Notes under the pieces: generated by a model | Database searches by the model: none | What the model was told of the DNA's origin: nothing | Seen by the model: only the letters and a program-made list of their open reading frames with translations | Part shown: positions 1-9,471 of the stretch, piece after piece | Layout of the letters: the number at the start of each line of letters is the position of its first letter | Position numbering within the stretch: the stretch's first letter is position 1 | Translations under genes and position numbers: made by a program | Source: a virus | Taxonomy: Duplodnaviria; Caudoviricetes | DNA: 64,000 nucleotides | Strand: one strand, 5' to 3' | IMG/VR virus record: IMGVR_UViG_3300038704_000071 | Location: 509-64,508 of that record

Positions 1-596
1 TGCGCTGCCTCGAATTGATCGATATGAGCTGCAGACCAGGTCTCGAAACCGTCGCCCGGCATCTTCAGGTAGTCGACCTCAGCAGCCGGATTGCGCGCTC
101 CGGGCTTCTTGGCTTTCACGGCCCACTTGAACAGACGCCGCAGCGCCTTCACTCGATTGTTGGCCGCGCCGGGCAGTTCGAACTTCTCGTCACGGATCTC
201 TTCGACGTGTCGCGGCTCAATCAGCGCGTAGGGCAGGGCGCCGCGCTCCTGGCCGGCCTTCGGTGTCTTTGATCTGCTGACGTCCTCGAGGATGAGTCGG
301 TTCTGGCGCTGGGTATTCTTGTCCAGCATGCGGAAATTCGCGCTGGCGAAATAGTCGAGGCAGAGGGCCCGGAACGATGCTGGCGCGATCTCCCGCGCGG
401 ACTTCGGGGCGGCGGCATCGCTCGCGACCTTGGCGGCCTCGATCTCGGCCGCGAAGGCTACGGATCCTGGCTCGGCGCGCAGCCGGATCTTCGGCCGGCC
501 CTTGCGCCAGTAGTAGAGCCGCACGTTGCCGTGCCGGTCCGTGTCGGCCACGACGTAGGGGATATTGAACTTCAAGACGCCCCGCCTCAGTCCCAT
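1..596 (-). CDS. int: Tyrosine recombinase/integrase, N-terminal part (3' end beyond window edge)
   Basis: Hand translation from ATG at 596: MGLRRGVLKFNIPYVVADTDRHGNVRLYYWRKGRPKIRL...AANNRVKALRRLFKWAV...PGDGFETWS, typical of alphaproteobacterial phage integrase arm- and core-binding domains; frame open to the edge; overlaps the excisionase stop. Confidence 0.85.
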   Translation of the reverse strand, partial: MGLRRGVLKFNIPYVVADTDRHGNVRLYYWRKGRPKIRLRAEPGSVAFAAEIEAAKVASDAAAPKSAREIAPASFRALCLDYFASANFRMLDKNTQRQNRLILEDVSRSKTPKAGQERGALPYALIEPRHVEEIRDEKFELPGAANNRVKALRRLFKWAVKAKKPGARNPAAEVDYLKMPGDGFETWSAAHIDQFEAA

Positions 597-841
597 GGAT
601 TCGAGACCTCCTCACCGTCCGTCGGGAGCGCGTCGAATGCAAGATCGAGTTTCAGCGTGTCCCAGACCCGGCGGGCATCGATGACCTTCGCGCGAGGCAT
701 GCGTCCGTCGCCAACCATCTCGTCGAACTTCCGGACGCTGACCCCGATGTAGACCGCTGCCTCCTCGCGCGACAGGCCGCGGCGGGGCTGCGACGAGCGC
801 CGCAGTTCGCGTCCAGGCGAGAGGGGCTGGTGCGCCGTCAT
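587..841 (-). CDS. Excisionase / AlpA-like HTH protein
   Basis: RGLSREEAAVYIGVSVRKFDEMVGDGRMP...RRVWD motif, directly upstream of integrase. Confidence 0.8.
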   Translation of the reverse strand: MTAHQPLSPGRELRRSSQPRRGLSREEAAVYIGVSVRKFDEMVGDGRMPRAKVIDARRVWDTLKLDLAFDALPTDGEEVSNPWD

Positions 842-1431
842 GGCTCCACGATATCCGGAAACGACCGCGCCTGCGGTGTCATGCGCCAGGTTCGCCCTCG
901 TCGAATTCCGCTGATAACCGACTGCGCGACCCCGTACTTGCGCGCCAGATCGCGGCCAACACCGAAATATGGTTCGGTCGCGCGAATCGCGATCACATCG
1001 GCGAATGTCAGCTTGGCGGCGGGATTGTTCTCGCCTATCGCGTCCGTTCCATGTCTGTGTCTGTCTTTCGCGTTCTCAGTGGGCGTTGCCCACCTGAGGT
1101 TCTCGGGCCGATTGTCCGACGGACAGCCATTGTCATGAGCTGAGTGATGCTTTGGAGATGGAGCCGGTCCATGAAACGCCGCGCAGACGAGATTGTTGAT
1201 TCGTCGACAGGCCCGCTTGCCGTTTCGCCAAAGCTCAACCCTGGCGTACCCCAATTCGTTGAGCGTGGGCGTCAATACTGTGCCCGCCGACACGCGCCGG
1301 CCGACCTTGTCGCGTCGGACTCGCCCGTGGCTAGAAACCGAATAGGCGGGGAAACCGGCCACCGGGCGCCATTCCTCTGGCAGCTCGGCGTAGGGCCTGC
1401 AGCCCATGGCGATCATCGTGGTGGCGGTCAT
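838..1431 (-). CDS. NUMOD4-HNH homing endonuclease
   Basis: EEWRPVAGFPAYSVSSHGRVR (NUMOD4) and RINNLVCAAFHG...SAHDNGCPSDNRPENLRWAT (HNH); start inferred from ATGA coupling at 1431. Confidence 0.85.
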   Translation of the reverse strand: MTATTMIAMGCRPYAELPEEWRPVAGFPAYSVSSHGRVRRDKVGRRVSAGTVLTPTLNELGYARVELWRNGKRACRRINNLVCAAFHGPAPSPKHHSAHDNGCPSDNRPENLRWATPTENAKDRHRHGTDAIGENNPAAKLTFADVIAIRATEPYFGVGRDLARKYGVAQSVISGIRRGRTWRMTPQARSFPDIVEP

Positions 1432-1883
1432 GCGCGCGACCCCGTCCGCCGATCCATCTCGTCGAGCGCCTTGGCGCACGGCTCACACCCTGGCGACGTG
1501 CCGGGCTGCCATTCGCGGTGGCACTGGTCGCAGATGAAATAGGTCCCGTCTGGGGAAAGCCGTGGTGACGACGGGTAGGTCGGCGGCCGAACAACGATGA
1601 TCAGCCCGCAGCCGCAATCCGGCCAGCCGCAGTCCATAGGCGGATCGCCCATGCCGGCTTGGCAGGTCCGCTCGCGGCAACCGATGTCCGCTGCAATCAT
1701 CGCGCGCTCGACCCTGCGAGACGCCATGTCGCCCAAGACGGCGCCGATCTCGGCTGGAGACATCGGCACGCTGACGAGCGCGGAGCCGTCGCGCTTCGCT
1801 AGATGGGCCGCGCTCTGCAGTTGGATGCGGGCAGACCCGAGAACGGCACGGTTTGCCGCCCTTGTGAGTTCGTTCACGGCCAA
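1428..1883 (-). CDS. Hypothetical phage protein, Cys-rich
   Basis: ORF coupled within the leftward operon; CGWPDCGC and CDQC..CEPC motifs. Confidence 0.5.
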   Translation of the reverse strand: MAVNELTRAANRAVLGSARIQLQSAAHLAKRDGSALVSVPMSPAEIGAVLGDMASRRVERAMIAADIGCRERTCQAGMGDPPMDCGWPDCGCGLIIVVRPPTYPSSPRLSPDGTYFICDQCHREWQPGTSPGCEPCAKALDEMDRRTGSRA

Positions 1884-2134
1884 TCCTCCGGGTTCAAGAC
1901 ATCACCGGGCAGCAACGCCGCCTCCGCGCCGGCCCGCGTCAGATGAAACAGCACGTCGCCCGGCAGCAGGTGCTTGTTCTCCCGCCGCCATGCGTGACCG
2001 GTCACGACCATCGAGATCCAGTCGCCATAGTCAGGATGCCCCGGGCCGGCGACGAAGTGATTCCGATGGCTTATCAGCCGCGTCGGCCGCAGACCCAGCG
2101 CGTGGCGGGCGAGTTCGATTTGGTGCGGGGTCAT
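1874..2134 (-). CDS. Hypothetical phage protein
   Basis: MTPHQIELARHALGL...RNHFVAG; overlaps the upstream stop. Confidence 0.6.
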   Translation of the reverse strand: MTPHQIELARHALGLRPTRLISHRNHFVAGPGHPDYGDWISMVVTGHAWRRENKHLLPGDVLFHLTRAGAEAALLPGDVLNPEDWP

Positions 2135-2556
2135 CGGTTCGCGATCTCCAGCAGCACGTCGGCGTGGCACGGCGCGCCTGGCTTGCACCAGCAGGCGAGG
2201 TTCTTTCCGCCGAGCGCGCTCTTGATCTCTTCTCGCGAGGGCGCGGCGCCGGCCTTCACTGCCGGCCCGAGTGTGACCTCGCCGCCGGGTCCGACCATCT
2301 TCGGCTGCAGTTCGTGGCTGACCGTCTGCCGCCCATGTGGAGGGTCAATCCAGTCGCGGAAGGCACGCACTGACGCTTCCTGCCGGCCGGCGGGATCGGC
2401 GCGGCAGCCAAAGGACAGGGCGGCCCAGCTATACTCGGAACTGCGGAAATCGAACGGATTGCCCCAGCGGGTCGAGCGGTCGACCTTCACGGCGTTCGCC
2501 GGCATGCGCCAGCCCTTGGCGCGCGAGAGTTGGATGCGGACAGGTCGGTCGCTCAT
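2131..2556 (-). CDS. DUF4326-family protein
   Basis: PVRIQLSRAKGWRMP..AVKVDRSTRWGNPF and LGGKNLACWCKPGAPCHADVLLEIAN. Confidence 0.85.
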   Translation of the reverse strand: MSDRPVRIQLSRAKGWRMPANAVKVDRSTRWGNPFDFRSSEYSWAALSFGCRADPAGRQEASVRAFRDWIDPPHGRQTVSHELQPKMVGPGGEVTLGPAVKAGAAPSREEIKSALGGKNLACWCKPGAPCHADVLLEIANR

Positions 2557-2741
2557 CTCGGATTCTCCGCGTTGAACTGCTCGGTGGCCCTGAGGATGCG
2601 CTCCCACGCGGCCGGCTCCTCGACTGACAGCCGATTCGCAGCGACCGAGTTCGCGCGCCACCACGCATCCCAGTCCGCCGGGTCTTTCCAGTGGCCGACC
2701 TGCGCCATGACGGCGGGGTTCGGGCGAGGATGGGCGGTCAC
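2553..2741 (-). CDS. Small hypothetical protein
   Basis: ORF with 4-nt overlaps at both ends. Confidence 0.5.
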   Translation of the reverse strand: MTAHPRPNPAVMAQVGHWKDPADWDAWWRANSVAANRLSVEEPAAWERILRATEQFNAENPR

Positions 2742-3796
2742 GTCGGAAACTCCCGGTGCAGCTTGCCGTCGAGCTCGGCGCCGGCCGCCTTCTTGCCGAC
2801 GCGATAGGTCGTGCAGGGGTGCAGCTTGTTGAAATCGGCCCGGATGGCGTCGCCGCGGCGGGCGCCGTCAGGCCAGGCCAGGTCGGACATGCGGTAGTGC
2901 GCACCGTCGGTGCCGATCGCGTGGCATTCGGCCTTGCGGGTCGGATCGACCGGACCCCATTCGCCCCACTGCTTGAAGAAGTACGCAATTCCGGCCGCGG
3001 CGCATTGGTCGCGCAGATCGCGTGCCCAGTCGGGATGCATCGGCCGCGCGCGCGGGCCGCTCTCGCCGCCGGCGATGACCCAGTCGAGGCGATTGAACCG
3101 CCCGTCGAGCGGCCGCATAAATCCTTCGCTCCGGGTCCGCGGTATGGCTGTCAGATCGATCGCGCCCAGCAGAGGCTCGGCCGAGATGAAGCGCTTGGCT
3201 GCCGGAGTCGCCAGCAGGTGCGGGATGCGCTCGTCGGCGCGCGCCTGGTCCTCGGTCGAGACACCCAGCCAGACGTTGGGCAGGGGCAGTTTTGTCTGCC
3301 AGTTTCCGCCGTGCTCGATCTTCGATCCGAGTGGCGTGCCCAACAGTGACCACGTGGCGCCATTGATGGTTGCCAGTCGAAGCGGGTGCGCGAAATACTC
3401 CCGCATCCGCTTCGCCCGCTTCGTCAGCACCTGGAACGTGTGCTGCGGGCAGAGCGCCATGACGGCTAAGATGCGGTCGATGGTCTCGTCGGCGACGCCC
3501 TCGTGGAACAGGTCGGACATCGAATTGACGAACACGCGGGCGGGCTTCCGCCACCGCAGCGGCGCCATGAGGATGCTGTCCGGCGCCGTCGCAACCTTAC
3601 CGGTCCACACCGCGCCAGCCTTGGTCTTCATGGTGAGCCCGGCATAGTGCGGCGCGTGGCCGGCCGTGCCGTTCATGCCCTCGATCCGGTGCGCCATCTT
3701 CATGGCGTAGCAGTTCGTGCAGCCAGGTGAGACGATGCTGCAGCCCGCGACCGGGTTCCACACCTTGTCGGTCCACTCGATGCTGGTGTCGCCCAT
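2738..3796 (-). CDS. Phage Gp37/Gp68 (DUF5131) family protein
   Basis: TSIEWTDKVWNPVAGCSIVSPGCTNCYA, FVNSMSDLFHE, RFISAEPLLG, WVIAGGESGPRARPMHPDWARDLRDQC, FFKQWG. Confidence 0.92.
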   Translation of the reverse strand: MGDTSIEWTDKVWNPVAGCSIVSPGCTNCYAMKMAHRIEGMNGTAGHAPHYAGLTMKTKAGAVWTGKVATAPDSILMAPLRWRKPARVFVNSMSDLFHEGVADETIDRILAVMALCPQHTFQVLTKRAKRMREYFAHPLRLATINGATWSLLGTPLGSKIEHGGNWQTKLPLPNVWLGVSTEDQARADERIPHLLATPAAKRFISAEPLLGAIDLTAIPRTRSEGFMRPLDGRFNRLDWVIAGGESGPRARPMHPDWARDLRDQCAAAGIAYFFKQWGEWGPVDPTRKAECHAIGTDGAHYRMSDLAWPDGARRGDAIRADFNKLHPCTTYRVGKKAAGAELDGKLHREFPT

Positions 3797-3867
3797 CTAC
3801 CCCTCCGTCCGCATGTTGAGGCCGTCGACCTCGAGCGGGAGCGTGACCAGCCGGCGCGCGCTCTTAC

Positions 3868-4059
3868 TCATATCGGCAGCACCAGCGCCGTCTTGCCGGA
3901 CTTGGCCGCGACCTTCTCGATGCACTCGCGCGAGCATGCGAGCTGCTCACCGTCGTCATCCTTGCGGCCGAACCAGTGGCTCGGCTTGAAGATCCCGCCG
4001 GGCCAATGCTCCGCAGGCTCTTGCTTGCCGCAGCCGTCGCAGATGCAGACGATGGCCAT
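3868..4059 (-). CDS. Small zinc-finger-like protein
   Basis: CICDGCG...CSRECI; TGATG coupling to the upstream gene. Confidence 0.6.
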   Translation of the reverse strand: MAIVCICDGCGKQEPAEHWPGGIFKPSHWFGRKDDDGEQLACSRECIEKVAAKSGKTALVLPI

Positions 4060-4316
4060 CAGGCCGGCTCCTTCGGCATTACCGCGATCGTCAGCGGCTC
4101 GGCCGTGAAGAACCGCTGCCCCTTGCCGGCGACCGGCAGGACGGTGAGGTAGTTGAAGCCCATCTTGCGCCCCAGGGATCGCCACGCCCGATTGGCGTTC
4201 TCCTGCGGGCTGCTGGGCATGCCGGCATTGAGCGCGATCAGCGGCACCGGCTTACAGGCGTCGAGGATATTCGCCAGATCGGCCTCGGCCATCTCGTATT
4301 CGCGGCGGTCGCTCAA
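4059..4316 (-). CDS. Hypothetical phage protein
   Basis: Coupled ORF; QENANRAWRSLGRKMGF. Confidence 0.6.
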   Translation of the reverse strand: MSDRREYEMAEADLANILDACKPVPLIALNAGMPSSPQENANRAWRSLGRKMGFNYLTVLPVAGKGQRFFTAEPLTIAVMPKEPA

Positions 4317-5227
4317 CGGTCGCCCTCCCAGCCCACCGGTCGCTGAAACCCCGCCGCGCCAGCATGGCCACCGCCGCCATAGGCCTTCGCGATCTCGGCA
4401 ACATCGACGCCGCCTTTGCGGGACCGCAGCGAGAACACGCGAGCATCGCCCTTGTCGTAGTAGGCCGCGGCGAACGGGGCGCCCTCCGCAAGCTGGCCGG
4501 CGGCCTCGCTGGCCATGAAGTAGGGCAGGTTGACCACCGGCACCTTGTGGCCACCGATCACCATCTCGCGGGTGGCGAAGCCCAAGAATTCGCCGATGTC
4601 CTTGAGCATCTTGCGGTCGATGGCGTTGCCGGCCGTGACCATCGCGGCGCGACCCGCTTCGGTTTCGGCTTGCTCTGCAAGGTGATCCCAGACGTCGAAG
4701 TCGTAGGGATAGCTGAACAGCGTGCCGTTGATGGCGCGACTGTCAGGAAAGGCGAACCGCCAGAGGTCGCGGTCCTCGATCCTGTCGATCAGGTGCGGGC
4801 GCCGGGGTGAACTGCGGAAAAAGTAATCCCACGCCATGCCGGCTCCACTGCGCGCCATATCGAACTGCGCGTAGATGCTGGGCTCCGGAATATTGTCGGT
4901 ACCGTCCCGATGCACCGATTCCAGGTGGTCCCACCACACTGCCTGTGGCTTGCGATAGCCGGCGAGGTCCGCCTCGGCAGTCTTGTGGTGATCGAGGATC
5001 AAGATCGATCGACAGGCGCCACCGTCGCGGTAATGCATCTCGTCGATCACCGGCCGCTTGTAGGAGAAGTCGACCATGATGACATCACGGCCGCGAACAT
5101 CGGGTGGCGCCTGGCCGTAGACGCCGGGATGGAAATCGACCTCGCCGCCGAAGAACTTGCGGATGACCCAGGCGGCTCCGAAGCCGTCGAGGCAGGGCGA
5201 GTGATAGATGCAAAGCGGGCGGGACAT
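4313..5227 (-). CDS. DHH/DHHA1-family phosphoesterase
   Basis: IYHSPCLDGFGAAW, VDFSY, LDHHKTA, IEDRDLW, FSLRS, GGGHAGAAGF. Confidence 0.88.
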   Translation of the reverse strand: MSRPLCIYHSPCLDGFGAAWVIRKFFGGEVDFHPGVYGQAPPDVRGRDVIMVDFSYKRPVIDEMHYRDGGACRSILILDHHKTAEADLAGYRKPQAVWWDHLESVHRDGTDNIPEPSIYAQFDMARSGAGMAWDYFFRSSPRRPHLIDRIEDRDLWRFAFPDSRAINGTLFSYPYDFDVWDHLAEQAETEAGRAAMVTAGNAIDRKMLKDIGEFLGFATREMVIGGHKVPVVNLPYFMASEAAGQLAEGAPFAAAYYDKGDARVFSLRSRKGGVDVAEIAKAYGGGGHAGAAGFQRPVGWEGDR

Positions 5228-5286
5228 TCGACAATTCTCCCTCTGGGTGGACGACCGGCCCGTTGAGCGAGCCGGCCGGGTGGTGG

Positions 5287-6279
5287 TTACTTGTCCTGCA
5301 GCGCCAGGGCTTCAGGCAGCTCGGCCTTGCGATCTCTGAAGGCCTTCATCGTCTCGTCCTTGCGCTGCTGACCCAGCTTGCCGAGGAATTCCCTGTGCTC
5401 GGCCTCGATGTCGTCGACCTCCGACTTGATCTCGGCCATCGCGAGGAGGTCGTGGATCGCACCGAGCTTCGCCTGCTGGCCGACGATCGTGTCGGCGAGC
5501 TTCCACGACTTCTTGATCTCGCCGGTCTCGGCGTCGTGCGGCGGCTCAGCGTCGCTGACGTTGGCGGCCGACTTCGCGGTGGTGCGATGCGGCCCGTCCT
5601 TCGTGAAATCGGTGCGCTTCGGCTCCGGGGGGCTCGACGTCGTCGCGCTACCCTGTTCGGTGATGTCGACGATGTCGGCGGCTTCCTCGGCCATGACCAG
5701 GCCGCGCAGCACATCCGGGAAGGTGTCGCGGAGACACCAGCCGCGGGCGCGCATCTGCAGCATGCGCTGCGGCGTCGACGACCATGGACCGGCCTTGCTC
5801 CACCATCCGGCCTTCTGGGCCTGGGCGCGGGTGATGGTCTGCGTCCGCCATTCGTTGCCGCCCTTCCGGCGCGCGCTGCAGGTGGCCGCCCAAGGGACAC
5901 CAGCATCGTCGAATTCGATGCTTTCCTTGTGGTCTCCGTAGACCGGCTTCGAAATCACCAGGGCGAGCATGGCGTCGCCATAGATGCTCGGCATGTTGTT
6001 GATGACAGCGATGGACTGCATCGCCTGCAGCGGCATCAGGCCGACTTCCATGCCGTGCATGATCGCCACCGTCGCCTTGGCCGGCGTGTTGAGCGACTTC
6101 GGCACCATCTCGGCCTGGCAAAGGATCGTGGCGAGCCGCCAAACCTGGTCGATGTTCTCCGGGATGATTGCGCCGAGGCTGCCGCCGGTCGCGAGCGTCG
6201 GCAGATCCTTCTTCTCGACGACATCGGTCTTCGGGGGCGGCGGCGCTTCCGTGCGGCCGATTTGGCTGGTGTCGCTCAT
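5287..6279 (-). CDS. RecT-like single-strand annealing protein
   Basis: IMHGMEVGLMPLQAMQSIAVINNMPSIYGDAMLALV...PQRMLQMRARGWCLRDTFPDVLRG. Confidence 0.78.
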   Translation of the reverse strand: MSDTSQIGRTEAPPPPKTDVVEKKDLPTLATGGSLGAIIPENIDQVWRLATILCQAEMVPKSLNTPAKATVAIMHGMEVGLMPLQAMQSIAVINNMPSIYGDAMLALVISKPVYGDHKESIEFDDAGVPWAATCSARRKGGNEWRTQTITRAQAQKAGWWSKAGPWSSTPQRMLQMRARGWCLRDTFPDVLRGLVMAEEAADIVDITEQGSATTSSPPEPKRTDFTKDGPHRTTAKSAANVSDAEPPHDAETGEIKKSWKLADTIVGQQAKLGAIHDLLAMAEIKSEVDDIEAEHREFLGKLGQQRKDETMKAFRDRKAELPEALALQDK

Positions 6280-6306
6280 GCTGGCTTACTCCTGGGGTTG
6301 GACGAC

Positions 6307-6618
6307 TTAGAAGGGGATCTCGGTTTCGAACGGCCTCGGCATGTCCGGCAGGACGATGCGCTTGCGCTTGATGGCCTTGGGATCGATCGCGTCGATCGCT
6401 GAGCGCAGCGCGCTGGCGTATTCGGCCCACTCGGCGATCTTGGCTTCGGCGGCGGCGAAATCTGAGCGCAGGCTGGTAGCGCTCACGCTCAACTGATCCA
6501 GTCGCTGCCGCAGATCGCGGGTCTCGCGCTCGATTCGATCTTTGCCGGCAGCAGCGACGGCCAGCGATTCAATCCGCCGGACCAGAAGCACCATGGCGTC
6601 CTCGCTGCAGATGTTCAT
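6307..6618 (-). CDS. Hypothetical coiled-coil protein
   Basis: Coupled ORF in the leftward operon. Confidence 0.55.
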   Translation of the reverse strand: MNICSEDAMVLLVRRIESLAVAAAGKDRIERETRDLRQRLDQLSVSATSLRSDFAAAEAKIAEWAEYASALRSAIDAIDPKAIKRKRIVLPDMPRPFETEIPF

Positions 6619-7526
6619 TGCGCGCGCTCTTCCTTGACGAAGCGGACGCCCAGCGGGGCTTTGCTCTCGTCCTTCGCGATGCGGGCATCCTCGTTCGCGG
6701 CCTGCAGCACCGCCGCCAGCATCGCCTTGCGCACCGTCGGATGCGCCCGGTAGCTGTCGATCGCCGCGGTCTCGTCCTCGATCACGGCGCTCCAGTAGGT
6801 CCGCAGCGTCATGGCGCGGCTCCCCGCCACACCGGTCCGGATCGCGGCGGTCTCGGTCTTGCGGGCGGCGAGACGTTCCGCTTCCTTGGCCGCCTTGTTG
6901 GCCTCTTCGGCGGCCGCTGCAGCCCGCGCCGCAGCTTGGCGCTCGGCCTCGACGCGCTCCAGGTCGGCGGCGGCTTGACCCTCCGCGGCGACGCGCTCGA
7001 GTTCGGTCTGATCCTCGGCGGCGGCGGCACGTCTGCGCTCTTCTTCCTCGGCAGCCAGCCGGCGGCGTTCTTCGTCGAGGCGGCGTTGCGCCTCGATACG
7101 CTCACGCTCGATGCGTTCGGCCTCCTCGCGCTTTCGGCGCGCCTCGGCTTCCTGGGCTGCCCTTTCGGCGGCGATCCGGTCGCGCTCTTTCACCAGCCAT
7201 GCGCCGGCCAGCGTCCCGAGCCTGGCGACGGCATCATCGACGCTCGCTGCCGGCGCCTTGTACTTCGTGGCCAGTTCGGCGATGGCGTCGTCGAGGGGCT
7301 TGCGCTCAGCCTTGGCGCTGGCGACCAGCGCTTTCTTGGCGTCCTTGAGCTTGGCGACGAGTTCGTTGGCCTCCTTCGCCATGTCGGCGTCAGTGATCTC
7401 CGGCCGCTCGTCGACCCATTCGGTGGCGTTTGTCACAAGCTCGGCGGCGCGCTCCAATTCGACCTTGCCGGGCGGGTTGTTGTCGCCGATGCCGCGGCTG
7501 TCGGCGATGTCAGTTAGCGTGTCCAT
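6615..7526 (-). CDS. Coiled-coil phage protein with N-terminal GIGDNNPP motif
   Basis: GIGDNNPP, long E/A/R helix, C-terminal TLRTYW; similar to 7552-8691. Confidence 0.75.
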   Translation of the reverse strand: MDTLTDIADSRGIGDNNPPGKVELERAAELVTNATEWVDERPEITDADMAKEANELVAKLKDAKKALVASAKAERKPLDDAIAELATKYKAPAASVDDAVARLGTLAGAWLVKERDRIAAERAAQEAEARRKREEAERIERERIEAQRRLDEERRRLAAEEEERRRAAAAEDQTELERVAAEGQAAADLERVEAERQAAARAAAAAEEANKAAKEAERLAARKTETAAIRTGVAGSRAMTLRTYWSAVIEDETAAIDSYRAHPTVRKAMLAAVLQAANEDARIAKDESKAPLGVRFVKEERAQ

Positions 7527-7551
7527 GTCTGTTCCTTCGTGATTGATTGAG

Positions 7552-8691
7552 CTACCGCACCACGCTGTCGGTCTTCGGGTAGATCCTGACGCCGGGAATT
7601 TTCAGGGTGCACTTGCCGTCGATCGTCGCCGCTCGCACGGCGCTCGCGATGAGGCCGTCATCCACCCGGCAATACTGGCGCGGCACCGCGTCGTGGTCGG
7701 TAACCTCGTGCTCGTAGACGGTGCGCAGCGACGCGATGGCGCCGAGATCGGTGCGGGTGCGGGACATGTCGGCCTGTGAGGCGCCGGCGGCCCTCTTGGT
7801 GGCGTTGGCGCGCTGCGCGGCTGCGGCGGCATCGTCTCGCGCCTTGTCCGCGATCCTCTGTTGCTCACGGCGCTCCTCGGCCAGGCGGATGCGTTCCTTC
7901 GCTTCTTCCTGGGCCACCCGATCCGCCTCGGCCTTGGCTTCCGCGGCTTCGCGGCGGTTCTTTTCCTTCGACTCTTCGATGGCGCGCTGCGCGGCTTCCT
8001 TCTCGGCCTTGGCCTTGTCGGCGGCCTCCTTGTCCTTCGCGGCCTTGGCTTCGGCGAGCTGGCGGGCCGCTTCCTTCTTGGCCTCTTCAGCGCGCCGAAC
8101 CTCGGCGGCCGCTTCTTCCTTGCGGCGCTGCTCGGCCTCGCGGGCCTCACGTTCCTTGCGCTCGGCCTCCCTGCGGGCGGCTTCCTCGGCGGCCCTGGCC
8201 TCGGCGAGTCGCTTCTCCTCGGCGCGCTTGAGCCGTTCCTGTTCCTTGCGGGCCTCCTCCGCAGCGCGGGCTTCCTCCTCGCGCCGGCGCTTCTCCCGAT
8301 CGGTCTTTTCCTGCTGATAAGGCGTCAGATACTCGGTGTTCATCCTCTTCTTGAGGCCGTCGACCTTGTCGCTCATGGCCTTGAAGAAACCGTCCGTGGC
8401 GGCGATCAGGGCACGGTGCGGTTCGTTCGCCTCAAGGCGGCAGACCTCGGCGTTGCGCGAGAACTTCGTGCAGACCTTGATGGCCTCGGTCAGCTTGGCC
8501 TCGGCGTCATCATCCATCGCAGCCGGCAGCCGGTCGGCCATTGCCATGATGTCGGCGAAGCGCTTGGCGAGGTCGGTATAGGTGTCGCGGAGATGGACGC
8601 GCAGCGCCTCGATCGGATCCGGCGGATTGTTGCCGCCGATGCCGTGCCGGGTCGCATCATCGGAAAGCATCGTGTCTGTCACGTCGGGCAT
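7552..8691 (-). CDS. Coiled-coil phage protein with N-terminal GIGGNNPP motif
   Basis: GIGGNNPP, long E/A/R/K helix, C-terminal SLRTVY...IPGVRIY. Confidence 0.78.
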   Translation of the reverse strand: MPDVTDTMLSDDATRHGIGGNNPPDPIEALRVHLRDTYTDLAKRFADIMAMADRLPAAMDDDAEAKLTEAIKVCTKFSRNAEVCRLEANEPHRALIAATDGFFKAMSDKVDGLKKRMNTEYLTPYQQEKTDREKRRREEEARAAEEARKEQERLKRAEEKRLAEARAAEEAARREAERKEREAREAEQRRKEEAAAEVRRAEEAKKEAARQLAEAKAAKDKEAADKAKAEKEAAQRAIEESKEKNRREAAEAKAEADRVAQEEAKERIRLAEERREQQRIADKARDDAAAAAQRANATKRAAGASQADMSRTRTDLGAIASLRTVYEHEVTDHDAVPRQYCRVDDGLIASAVRAATIDGKCTLKIPGVRIYPKTDSVVR

Positions 8692-8702
8692 CGCTGGCGC
8701 TC

Positions 8703-9050
8703 CTAGAAGGGTAGGGGGATCGTGTTGAAGTCGACCGCGCGGCGCGGTTCGGCCTTGGGATGGTTCGGCGCGTGCTCAGCGGCCCACGCCTGGTGCGCTA
8801 CGAGGTATTGCCATTCCGCCTCGGTCACCGGCTCGACGGATCGCAGCAGGACATCTTCGACCTCGACGGGAACGGCATCGGTGCCCAGCATCAGCACGGC
8901 ATGCGACGTCGTCTCGGCGCCGACCGAGACCTGCCAGCGAGGACTGCGATCCAGCTCCTCGCCATCGATGACGGGCGGGCCGAAGAACATGCGCACGCCG
9001 ATGAATGGACCGGCCTTCGCGAGACGAGCACGAAAGAAGTGGGGCCTCAT
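8703..9050 (-). CDS. Conserved hypothetical phage protein
   Basis: GPPVIDGEELDRSPRW motif; operon position. Confidence 0.65.
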   Translation of the reverse strand: MRPHFFRARLAKAGPFIGVRMFFGPPVIDGEELDRSPRWQVSVGAETTSHAVLMLGTDAVPVEVEDVLLRSVEPVTEAEWQYLVAHQAWAAEHAPNHPKAEPRRAVDFNTIPLPF

Positions 9051-9265
9051 CGCGTCGCCTTCCTTGCCGCCATGTCGGCATTCCAGTTCTTGGCCGCGCG
9101 ATCTCCGCTGACGGAATTGACGCCCTTGGTGCCGCAGCTGGGGCAGACGTACTGCATGAGGTTCGACCGGCTACCCATGCGCCGTAGTGTCGGGAGTCGG
9201 TCCGTCCCGCAGTGGCAGCGATGCACCTGGGCGGACCGCGCTTCGGTAGTGATGCCGCCGCTCAC
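9047..9265 (-). CDS. Small zinc-ribbon (Lar-like) protein
   Basis: CHCG...CPSCG...AAKNWN. Confidence 0.55.
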   Translation of the reverse strand: MSGGITTEARSAQVHRCHCGTDRLPTLRRMGSRSNLMQYVCPSCGTKGVNSVSGDRAAKNWNADMAARKATR

Positions 9266-9471
9266 GCCCGCACCTTCGGCGGCTTGAGGTCGAGATACTT
9301 CAGCCCGCCCGGGTGCACGCCATCAGCCGGCAGCTGGACCAACGTCTCGAACTTGTCGCGACGAACGGCGACAACCAGCGGGCCAACGGCGCCGTCGAAG
9401 TCGACGCAGAGCACGCGGTAGGGGAAGCCGTTGGCGGTGAGGCCGGTGTCGCCTTTCGTCCACCCGGTCAT
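9262..9471 (-). CDS. Hypothetical protein
   Basis: Coupled ORF. Confidence 0.55.
   Translation of the reverse strand: MTGWTKGDTGLTANGFPYRVLCVDFDGAVGPLVVAVRRDKFETLVQLPADGVHPGGLKYLDLKPPKVRA

Noticed and set aside
5263-8706. Long plus-strand ORFs 5263-6402, 6618-7517 and 7861-8706
   Set aside because: Antisense shadows of real minus-strand genes in high-GC DNA
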